Shown here piece after piece: positions 33,765 to 41,358 of a stretch of 45,009 bases of DNA. Where the stretch lies: the UHGV virus genome UHGV-0208172, one strand, 5' to 3'. Positions within the stretch are counted from its first letter, which is position 1. The number at the start of each line of letters is the position of its first letter. Made by a program: the position numbers and the translations under genes. The notes beneath the pieces were generated by a model. It saw nothing but the letters and a program-made list of their open reading frames with translations. It made no database searches and had not been told where the DNA came from. This stretch comes from a virus.

Positions 33765-34115
33765 ATGGTTGATGTAATTAAACGTCGTATTACCGGTGTT
33801 TCTGACGATTCTCCTGCCGACGGTCAGGTTGAAATCGACATGGCGAATATCTCACCAGCATCTTTTTCTACCGCGCTCGCGGCTACCACCGCAGTTACGG
33901 CGGGGCAGACTATGACCCTGACCGTCGCGGTAACCGGCGGTCTGGAGCCATATTCCTACCAGTGGTACAAGAACAACAACGCTATCGCCGGGGCAAACGC
34001 TGCTACCTATGCGAAGGCGTCCACTACTACCGCAGATTCAGGCACGTATAAAGTGGTTGTTCACGATGTGTATGGTAATATTATCTCCAGCAGCACTGTA
34101 GCAACTGTGTCTTAA
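33765..34115 (+). CDS. Ig-like (I-set/Big-like) domain protein
   Basis: 116 aa; YSYQWYKNNNAIAGA...DSGTYKVVV signature. Confidence 0.6.
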   Translation: MVDVIKRRITGVSDDSPADGQVEIDMANISPASFSTALAATTAVTAGQTMTLTVAVTGGLEPYSYQWYKNNNAIAGANAATYAKASTTTADSGTYKVVVHDVYGNIISSSTVATVS

Positions 34116-34151
34116 TACAACGGCCCTTCGGGGCCGTAATAAGGAAAGGTC

Positions 34152-34331
34152 ATGGCAGATAATTATGTAATCCGCGAAAAGTACACCCACGTTGACGTTG
34201 TTGACGGTCAGGTGATGCCTGTTCGCGGTGTGGTAGAGGCTGATGAACTGGTTGCAACCCAACCGGACAACGAAGAAGCGCACAACAACGGCGGTGGTAC
34301 TAAGCGTCGTCGCCGTAAGTCAGAGGAATAA
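34152..34331 (+). CDS. small hypothetical protein (59 aa) ending in a basic tail
   Basis: ATG with AAGGAAAGG RBS; below track cut-off. Confidence 0.4.
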   Translation: MADNYVIREKYTHVDVVDGQVMPVRGVVEADELVATQPDNEEAHNNGGGTKRRRRKSEE

Positions 34332-34334
34332 TTT

Positions 34335-34847
34335 ATGCCGCTAATCGTGGAAACTGGGGCAATCGTCCCGAATGCCGACAGTTACATTAGTCTGGCCGAC
34401 GCCCGCGCGTTAGCGGCTAATTATGGTCTGGAGTTACCTGCTGACGATACCGCTGCCGAAGTAGCTCTGCGCAACGGCGCTACGTATGTCGGGCTTGCAG
34501 AACCCCAGATGTGCGGCCGTCGCGTATCAGCTGAACAGTCTCTGGCGTACCCTCGCACCGGTGTTACGCTGAATGGCTTCCCAGTAGCTAACAATACCAT
34601 TCCGAAGCAGGTGATTCTTGCGCAAGTAATCGCCGCTGTTACATATGGCGCAGGCGCTGATGTCCGGGCTAACTCAGACGGGCGTTCCGTGCAGACTGAG
34701 CGTGTCGAGGGCGCGGTGACAGTGACGTACTTCAACAACGGCAGCAGTGGAGCCACAACCGCGATTACCGCCGCTGACGACGCTTTACGTCCGTTACTGT
34801 GTGGCGGTCTTAACAATGGCTTCTCATTTAACGTGTACCGGGGTTAA
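34335..34847 (+). CDS. putative head-tail connector / head completion protein
   Basis: 170 aa; position between capsid and tail genes. Confidence 0.45.
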   Translation: MPLIVETGAIVPNADSYISLADARALAANYGLELPADDTAAEVALRNGATYVGLAEPQMCGRRVSAEQSLAYPRTGVTLNGFPVANNTIPKQVILAQVIAAVTYGAGADVRANSDGRSVQTERVEGAVTVTYFNNGSSGATTAITAADDALRPLLCGGLNNGFSFNVYRG

Positions 34848-34849
34848 AA

Positions 34850-35464
34850 ATGGCGAAGACTAAAACAGAGATATTTACGCTAATCGGTTCAGAGCTACCT
34901 GATAACACGACCGGGCAAATCACGCCAGCGAAGTTACGTGGGGTGTTAACCCAGATGGCTGACTCACCTATTTACGCCACTCCAGGTGTTAAAGAGGTTG
35001 AAGTTCTCCGTGCTGCGTCGACCGTGACACAAGCGCCCACCGCGGTAGATACAGCGTTGCAGTTAACTTTCGGGGCCGCTCAGGGTAGCGCTTCTGACCC
35101 AGTAATGATTAATGCCGCAGGGCTGGTTACGTTCAACACCGCTGGTAACTACGCCGTTCGCATCAAGTTACAGGCCGGTCGCTCAGGCGCTAGTGGAACG
35201 TCCATCCTGTTGTCCCGCATTCTTCTCAATGGCGCCCAGTACGGTTCTCCGGCCGCCACGAAACTGGTAAGCGCCGATACTACAATCCCGATTGAATCTC
35301 GCGTCGTTATTAACCCCACCGCGGGCCAGACGTTTTCCGTGCAGATTATGCGGGATAGCGCCGGGAGCAACTTTGGTGGCGTATACCCGCAAGTGGCTAC
35401 CGTAACTGCATGGGGTACAGCTCCGTCCGCGCTACTGGTTATCTCTAGACTGGAGGCCGCGTAA
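34850..35464 (+). CDS. hypothetical structural protein
   Basis: 204 aa; in connector region. Confidence 0.45.
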   Translation: MAKTKTEIFTLIGSELPDNTTGQITPAKLRGVLTQMADSPIYATPGVKEVEVLRAASTVTQAPTAVDTALQLTFGAAQGSASDPVMINAAGLVTFNTAGNYAVRIKLQAGRSGASGTSILLSRILLNGAQYGSPAATKLVSADTTIPIESRVVINPTAGQTFSVQIMRDSAGSNFGGVYPQVATVTAWGTAPSALLVISRLEAA

Positions 35465-35823
35465 TGAGCACAGCTTTCAGTAAACGTATGCAAGGCGTGG
35501 GTACGCGCCTGCTAACCAAATTCGGCAGTACGGTATCTCTTGTTCGCGCTGGTTCGAAAGTATGGGATGAAGTTCTCGGTGAGTACGTCTGGTCCGCGGA
35601 TGAAGTGTTGCCGTTGAAGGCCGTTCCTGTTCCGGTAAACGCGGGACTGGTAAACGGTACGACGATTCAGGTGGGTGACATGATTGTTAAAGCGGATTGC
35701 AGTGTCGTTCCGAAGATGGAAGACAAAGTGCAATTCGGCGGCGAACAATGGTCTGTCGTAGCTATAGAGAAGAAGATGGTTAACGATGATGTCGTGGCAT
35801 ACTTTATTCAGGTGAGAAAATGA
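35464..35823 (+). CDS. putative head-tail joining protein
   Basis: 119 aa; ATGA coupling. Confidence 0.45.
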   Translation: MSTAFSKRMQGVGTRLLTKFGSTVSLVRAGSKVWDEVLGEYVWSADEVLPLKAVPVPVNAGLVNGTTIQVGDMIVKADCSVVPKMEDKVQFGGEQWSVVAIEKKMVNDDVVAYFIQVRK

Positions 35824-36215
35824 GTTTCTCGCTTGATGTCTCTAAGTTCGTGGAAAAGGCGAAGAAGAATCCCGAGAAGGTGATGCGTCAGGTGTCTATC
35901 AAGCTGTTTTCCGCTATCATAAAGGCGAGTCCGGTAGATACAGGCCGCTTTCGTATGAACTGGATGGCGTCTGGCGGTACTCCTGCTTCCGGGATTACGG
36001 ACGCTACAGATAAATCAGGAAACACGGCAACCGGAAACGCTACAAGTTTCGTGCTGAAAGCCGCTGACTGGCACGAGTTCACGCTGACAAATAACCTGCC
36101 GTATGCACAACGGCTGGAGTATGGTTGGTCGCAGCAAGCGCCACAAGGATTTGTCAGGGTGAACGTGTCCCGCTTCCAGCAACTCATTAACGAAGAAGCC
36201 AACAAGGTGAAATGA
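35820..36215 (+). CDS. putative neck / tail completion protein
   Basis: 131 aa; overlapping starts within connector module. Confidence 0.45.
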   Translation: MSFSLDVSKFVEKAKKNPEKVMRQVSIKLFSAIIKASPVDTGRFRMNWMASGGTPASGITDATDKSGNTATGNATSFVLKAADWHEFTLTNNLPYAQRLEYGWSQQAPQGFVRVNVSRFQQLINEEANKVK

Positions 36216-36350
36216 TGGACAAGTCACGTCGTCAATACTTCATACTCGCGTGCCATTGGCTGGCCGGAAGTAGGTACGATTTCGTCATGCTACATCTTAA
36301 TTTCGGAAAGTCACGAGTTATGGCGACGAAGGCTCGCGCTGTGGTAGCCT

Positions 36351-36809
36351 ATGACCGTCGTCTTGCCTCAGAAGAAAGTAAATGTGGGGTATATGATGGG
36401 CTACTTTGAGGACTTAACAAAAGCGTTCGATGTGCCGCTGGTAGCCTTCGGAACAACCAACGGCATCAAGGTCGCGCTTGAAAACATCGACGCGCCGACG
36501 TCAACCGATACACCGTATCTGGCAAGTTACATGCTGCTTTCGGATACGGAACAGGCGGATTTGTTCTTCACGGAACAACGCTCTGGTATTTATCAGGTCG
36601 ACATTAACTACGCATCGGTGAAAGGTAGCGCACCAATCAATAAAATGGCAGACTTACTTAACACGGCGTTTAAAGCAGGTAAGTCATTTTCGCGTAACGA
36701 CATCTGCGCCGAGGTTCAATCGGTTAGCCTGGGGCCGCTGATTGTAGAAAACGGATGGACCAAACGACCCTTGTCAATTAACTTTATTGCATTCACCAAG
36801 AGGCTGTGA
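36351..36809 (+). CDS. putative tail terminator / tail tube-associated protein
   Basis: About 140-152 aa; immediately upstream of major tail protein. Confidence 0.45.
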   Translation: MTVVLPQKKVNVGYMMGYFEDLTKAFDVPLVAFGTTNGIKVALENIDAPTSTDTPYLASYMLLSDTEQADLFFTEQRSGIYQVDINYASVKGSAPINKMADLLNTAFKAGKSFSRNDICAEVQSVSLGPLIVENGWTKRPLSINFIAFTKRL

Positions 36810-37981
36810 ATATGGCTACAACTCCTTTTAAGGGCGCGAATACCGCGCAATTCTATGTGGCGGAAGTTACCCCGGGCGTAACACCAAGTAACCCGGTATG
36901 GTCGCCGTTGCGTAACACCGGTGGTGTTCCAGCTGTAACTCGCGATGCGCTGACCTCCAACGAACTGGACGGCAGCCGAGAAACCACATCCATCCGAACC
37001 GGTAACAAGCAGGTTAGCGGGGAGTATGCCATCGAACTTAGCTCCCGTAGCCAGGATGATTTCCTCGCGGGCGCGATGACTTCTACGTGGCAGGATGGGG
37101 TAACCTTATCCGCTGTTGGCATTACGGTAGACCCTGTGGCTAAAACCTTTACCCGCGCCACCGGCAGCTTCATTACTGACGGCGTAGAGGTCGGGGACCT
37201 TCTGTATTTTGACGCTTTAACCGGTGATAACTCTAAGCCGTTCATCGTTACCGCAGTAACTGCTACTGTGGTTACGGGTGCAGGTATTCAACACACCCTG
37301 ACCGCCGAAGGTCCTATCGAGACCGACGGTAAAACTGGCGATAAACTGGAAACCAGTAACGCGTGTAAGACGTTCTCCATCCTGACATGGTTCAAAGGGC
37401 AGTGCGGGAACCCGGACGCGTACATGTTGACCAAAGGCGTGGAAATCTCCGGTTTCACCATCGAGCAGGCCGTAAACGCTATGGTAACCGGCAGCTTCCC
37501 GTTCATCGGTCTGAGCCAGGAAATTCTTACCGCGCCGCCGACAGGTTCCGACTTCTCTCAGGTCACATTCACTGATGAGCCGTTCTCGTCGGTTGATGTG
37601 TCTGTGTTCGACGGGTCCACGCCGTTGCGTTGCGATACTCTCACTATCACAAACGACAACGGTGCTTCTGCGCAGTTCGAACTCGGCAACAGTAGCGTTG
37701 CGTTCGTGGAACGTGGTCGCGCGGCTAACACCTTCTCCATCTCTGGTAAGCTGTACGACATGGCGATGATTCAGAAGTTTATCAACGAACAGCAGGTAGA
37801 GATTAACTCTATTCTGGCGGGGGTAAATGGGGCTATGTCTTTTAGTCTGAAACGTGCCGAACTTACGGCGGTTACACCTGAGATTGGCGGCCCTGAGTCA
37901 ATTACTCAGTCCATTGAAGGTCAGGCTACTGGAAACCAGTACCAGTCGTCTATTGTTATCCAGCGTATCGCCTATGCATAA
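36806..37981 (+). CDS. major tail (tube) protein
   Basis: 391 aa; followed by strong bidirectional terminator; position in tail module. Confidence 0.65.
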   Translation: MNMATTPFKGANTAQFYVAEVTPGVTPSNPVWSPLRNTGGVPAVTRDALTSNELDGSRETTSIRTGNKQVSGEYAIELSSRSQDDFLAGAMTSTWQDGVTLSAVGITVDPVAKTFTRATGSFITDGVEVGDLLYFDALTGDNSKPFIVTAVTATVVTGAGIQHTLTAEGPIETDGKTGDKLETSNACKTFSILTWFKGQCGNPDAYMLTKGVEISGFTIEQAVNAMVTGSFPFIGLSQEILTAPPTGSDFSQVTFTDEPFSSVDVSVFDGSTPLRCDTLTITNDNGASAQFELGNSSVAFVERGRAANTFSISGKLYDMAMIQKFINEQQVEINSILAGVNGAMSFSLKRAELTAVTPEIGGPESITQSIEGQATGNQYQSSIVIQRIAYA

Positions 37982-37985
37982 AACT

Positions 37986-38008
37986 AAGGCCCCGTTTGGG
38001 GCCTTTTT
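37986..38008. terminator. bidirectional rho-independent terminator (AAGGCCCC-GTTT-GGGGCCTT + T5)
   Basis: Hairpin plus TTTTT; separates major tail gene from convergent reverse cassette. Confidence 0.7.
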
Positions 38009-38009
38009 C

Positions 38010-38564
38010 TTACAAACCTAATCTTAAAGCAATGCCTATAGCGTTCGATTTAACGTAACCCGGTATGATGTAGGTGTCATAATCTTTTACGCCATCAATA
38101 TCGTACAGGTAACCACGGCTGTCCCCTTCAAACGTATAGCCGTCTCTGTGCAAGCGAACGATTCTCACATCATGCCCCGCGGCAACGATAGGGGCCACTT
38201 CGCTGGCGAATCCACCGTCGGAAACTACAAAAACTTCGTTGCCGCCGGGCAAGTTTTCAGCAAGATACTTACCGAAATAATCACTACCAAGTACCGGTTT
38301 AATGAATTGTTCAGAGATAGCAATCATGAACTGACGTCGCGACAAACCATTAAGGAAGCCTTCCGGCTTTTCTTTCCGCGCTCGGTCGTCGTAGCCGTCG
38401 AGAAATTCGTGGTAAGCATCAGGGCCTAACGCCGCCAGGGCAACATTGAACATTGGATTCTTGAAACTGGCAGTTCCTTTTGCAAAGCCCATTTCTACCA
38501 GTGCCATAGCAAGAGTGTCTTTCCCGCAACCAGCAGGACCATTAAGAATAATTACCTTAGCCAT
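38010..38564 (-). CDS. P-loop nucleotide kinase, dNMP-kinase-like (T4 gp1-like) or polynucleotide 5'-kinase
   Basis: 184 aa; Walker A GPAGCGKDT at N-terminus; overall pattern resembles phage dNMP kinases. Confidence 0.65.
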   Translation of the reverse strand: MAKVIILNGPAGCGKDTLAMALVEMGFAKGTASFKNPMFNVALAALGPDAYHEFLDGYDDRARKEKPEGFLNGLSRRQFMIAISEQFIKPVLGSDYFGKYLAENLPGGNEVFVVSDGGFASEVAPIVAAGHDVRIVRLHRDGYTFEGDSRGYLYDIDGVKDYDTYIIPGYVKSNAIGIALRLGL

Positions 38565-39049
38565 TATTTATCACTCCCGTGCGATTTTAAGTGTGTAGAG
38601 TTCCCGTTACAGTCGTATTCAGTAACCGCGTGAGTGGTTATACCGAGGCCGCGGAAATGCTTTATTACCGCTGGCGAGTCGTCGAACGCACACAAGATTC
38701 TTTCTAGCCCGATCGCACGCAACACCTCTTCTTTAATTACGATGTCTTTTCTGTTGTCGTGTTTGCTGCGCATGATTAGCTGATAAAATTCGACGCGGTG
38801 GCGCTGCAGCCACATTCTGGTTTCTTTTTCTGCATCATCACTACGGCCCGTTAAAATAATAACGGCATAGCGACGATTGAGGGCGTTACACAGTTCGATG
38901 TTATCTCTAATTGGTTCATCATCTTTGCACGCCATGTTAAATGGCTTCCACGCCCACGTTTCGTCGTAGTTATCTTTCGGCAGCAGGTGCAAACGATGTG
39001 TCCCATCCGCCAATGTCCCGTCTAAATCGAAAATTACAATATCTTTCAT
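38564..39049 (-). CDS. HAD-superfamily phosphatase, polynucleotide-kinase 3'-phosphatase-like
   Basis: 161 aa; N-terminal FDLDGTLA motif, ILTGR, KEEV...FDD motif pattern like T4 Pnk phosphatase domain. Confidence 0.7.
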   Translation of the reverse strand: MKDIVIFDLDGTLADGTHRLHLLPKDNYDETWAWKPFNMACKDDEPIRDNIELCNALNRRYAVIILTGRSDDAEKETRMWLQRHRVEFYQLIMRSKHDNRKDIVIKEEVLRAIGLERILCAFDDSPAVIKHFRGLGITTHAVTEYDCNGNSTHLKSHGSDK

Positions 39050-40176
39050 CCCAGCATCTCCGGTGAAATAGTTAAACGTGCGACCTCGCCATATTCGGCG
39101 CTATAAGTAATTACATTTGCGCTACGGCCTGACATCCATCCGCCGCGGGAGGCGTAGGCGTCTTTAGCCGCTAAGGTGCGGTGTTGCTCAACAATCATGT
39201 TACGGCTTTCTACAATCTTCTGGTGGTGGAGATGTCCGACATGTGCGTAGCTGTACTCGCTTTCGCCAAATGCTTTGCGGAACTTAGCTATCATAATGGG
39301 TTCGACCACCTCAAACCGGCATTTATGCCCGTGTGTAAAGAACAGCGTCGTTTTCCCGTGTTGCACCATCTTGTAAACATCCGGCGACGTATCGACGAAC
39401 ACACGAGGCTCATTGCCATACAGTGTACTGAACATCTCAGCCAACCAAATCATTCCGCTTTCGTCGTGGTTCCCTTGCACGATAAGCAAGCGAACATTTT
39501 TATGTTTAACAAGGGCCATATCGACAACACGGCGGACCATACGAATCATGTAGCGGACCAGTTTCTGATAGCGTGTATCCGCATCAAGAACATGACCACT
39601 TGCGGGTGTAACTGCATCCAGGCTATCGAAGTGAGCGAGGTCGCCCAGCAGATTAATAACTCCTGTTCCTGCATCCGGTGCTTTCTGAAACGCTGCATCG
39701 AACCAACGAGAGAACAGGTCTTCTGCAATCTTCATATCCCAGTCGTCGCCGCTCTCGTCGGCCCAGGCCAGCATACCGAGATGGAAATCAGATACCGTGT
39801 AAAGATTAAGTAGCTTGTCGTCGCGTTTTGCTCGAGTCGCTTTAACAGGCGCAACCGGCGTAATCTCTGACTTCATACCTTCAACTACGGCTTTCATCAA
39901 TTCAACCTGACGTTCGGCGTCTGTGTCGGTCTTAACCCATTGCAACTTAGTGTTGCCGAACTCGTCTACCAGTGACGACGTTCCTTTAATCTTGTAGCCG
40001 TCTGGTACGAGGTGGCTAACGTCGCGTCCGTGGCCTACGCCTTTCTTAGCCAGCTTCGCTTTACGGATACGAATAACGCGGTCTGAGATGCCGTATTTAC
40101 GGGCGATGTCGATATTCTTCATCCCGGCGTTCAATTCTTCCTGTAACTGTTCGTCGGTTATTTTCTTCTTGGCCAT
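39046..40176 (-). CDS. calcineurin-like metallophosphoesterase with N-terminal HTH domain
   Basis: 376 aa; HTH NIDIARKYGISDRVIRIRK; phosphoesterase motifs SDFH, GDLAHFD, GNHDE, THGH, GHLHH. Confidence 0.75.
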   Translation of the reverse strand: MAKKKITDEQLQEELNAGMKNIDIARKYGISDRVIRIRKAKLAKKGVGHGRDVSHLVPDGYKIKGTSSLVDEFGNTKLQWVKTDTDAERQVELMKAVVEGMKSEITPVAPVKATRAKRDDKLLNLYTVSDFHLGMLAWADESGDDWDMKIAEDLFSRWFDAAFQKAPDAGTGVINLLGDLAHFDSLDAVTPASGHVLDADTRYQKLVRYMIRMVRRVVDMALVKHKNVRLLIVQGNHDESGMIWLAEMFSTLYGNEPRVFVDTSPDVYKMVQHGKTTLFFTHGHKCRFEVVEPIMIAKFRKAFGESEYSYAHVGHLHHQKIVESRNMIVEQHRTLAAKDAYASRGGWMSGRSANVITYSAEYGEVARLTISPEMLG

Positions 40177-40214
40177 GCTTACGTCCTCGTGTTTAGGATT
40201 TGTCCTATACTAGC

Positions 40215-40421
40215 TTACTTCTCGTTAACATTCGAGTTGCACGCCCAGATTAAAATAAAGACCCACGGCAGCATAGCCCAACCAAGAAACAGGTTAGCCA
40301 TGAATATAGCTAACTTCGCTTTATGGTTACGGAAGTACGCAACCAGGAAAGGCGCGAAATAAGCGAGCAGTGCAAACAGAATTAAGGAAACTGGTAAACT
40401 GGACATTTTAAACCCCTTCAT
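40215..40421 (-). CDS. superinfection-immunity-family small membrane protein (Imm-like)
   Basis: YFAPFLVAYFRNHKAKLAIFMANLFLGWAMLPWVFILIWA matches conserved pattern of this family; likely start ATG 40406 with AAGGGG RBS. Confidence 0.65.
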   Translation of the reverse strand: MKGFKMSSLPVSLILFALLAYFAPFLVAYFRNHKAKLAIFMANLFLGWAMLPWVFILIWACNSNVNEK

Positions 40422-40436
40422 TGTTGGTGTAAGTGA

Positions 40437-40465
40437 ATAGTACCCTATTATATTGGGGTGCGCAA
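40437..40465 (-). promoter_or_regulatory. sigma70-like early promoter (class A variant: TTGCGC-N17-TACTAT), reverse orientation
   Basis: Read on - strand: TTGCGC ACCCCAATATAATAGGG TACTAT TCACTTACACCAACAATG. Confidence 0.55.
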
Positions 40466-40573
40466 GTAATGTGATAGAATAATTTTGCGCCTAGTGTCGC
40501 ACACGAAAAGCGGGTGGTTCCCGTCTGGCGCATTTATCGTTAACCTGTAACCTCTTAACCAAAGGATTAAAGA

Positions 40574-40993
40574 ATGAAACTTTCTGATTTCTATTTCGAA
40601 GAGAAAGCGCTGGTAGGCAAGAAGATGCCGATTCTGCTACCAAACGGTGAAGACTCCGGTGAGTGGCTTAATGTGGTAAGCCCTGACGCGGATGTCGCCG
40701 TTAAAGCGGGGCGTGCTTTCATTATCGCGTACCGCCGCGGGCTGGCGCGTTTTGAAGAACTGGAAAAAGCTGCCAAAGAATCCGGCGACTATACTGAATA
40801 TAACCTGGCGATTAATGAACTAGCGGAAGACCTCAACCGGCAACTAGCGGCAGAAGTCGTAAACGGCTGGAGCTTTGACGACGAGCCTTTCTCTAAGGAA
40901 GCGTTTAACAAATTGCTCGACCAGTTCAAAGGTCTTGGAACCCAGGTTGCAGCTTTCCATAACGCCGAGCGCAAAGCATTACAGGAAAAGTAG
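40574..40993 (+). CDS. tail assembly chaperone (gpG-like)
   Basis: 139 aa; RBS AAAGGA; immediately upstream of tape measure gene, with overlapping -1 frame ORF. Confidence 0.6.
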   Translation: MKLSDFYFEEKALVGKKMPILLPNGEDSGEWLNVVSPDADVAVKAGRAFIIAYRRGLARFEELEKAAKESGDYTEYNLAINELAEDLNRQLAAEVVNGWSFDDEPFSKEAFNKLLDQFKGLGTQVAAFHNAERKALQEK

Positions 40994-41358
40994 ACGCGCT
41001 GTACAGGTTCGCCACCTACGAGTTTGTGGATAAGCATAAAATCAGAGAGTTTGATTCTATAGCTGACGGCCACGAACAGGCGCTTATCGCGATGGGTGTA
41101 ATCGATAAGAAAAAACGTGCAGCGCGACGGGGTGGGCCGGAATGCCCGCCCCTTTTTATATCCACCTTTGAGACGTACTGTGGCATTAAGTTTACGCGAC
41201 ACGTGCGCGAGGACGCTGTAGTATTGTTCGCAAGAGAATCCGTTACGTGGCAAGACCTGAAAGCCTATCTCGATGTTACGCAAAAACAGCTTAGCCTGTT
41301 CGAGATAGACATTATCATGGGCTTAGAAGCAATCTTTGAAGGTAGAAATCATGGCTGA
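40963..41358 (+). CDS. -1 frame extension of tail assembly chaperone (gpGT-like frameshift product region)
   Basis: Frame -1 relative to 40574..40993 is open from 40963; overlap contains GGAAAAG; ORF runs into tape measure start. Confidence 0.4.
   Translation, partial: RRAQSITGKVDALYRFATYEFVDKHKIREFDSIADGHEQALIAMGVIDKKKRAARRGGPECPPLFISTFETYCGIKFTRHVREDAVVLFARESVTWQDLKAYLDVTQKQLSLFEIDIIMGLEAIFEGRNHG

Noticed and set aside
39181-39813. 210-aa + strand ORF inside the metallophosphoesterase gene
   Set aside because: Antisense to a gene with five canonical phosphoesterase motifs; no translation signals.
38010-40421. RNA/DNA ligase completing a Pnk-ligase repair pair
   Set aside because: No ORF in or near the cassette, or elsewhere in the window, shows a KxDG nucleotidyltransferase motif, so a complete T4-like Pnk-Rnl repair system is not supported.
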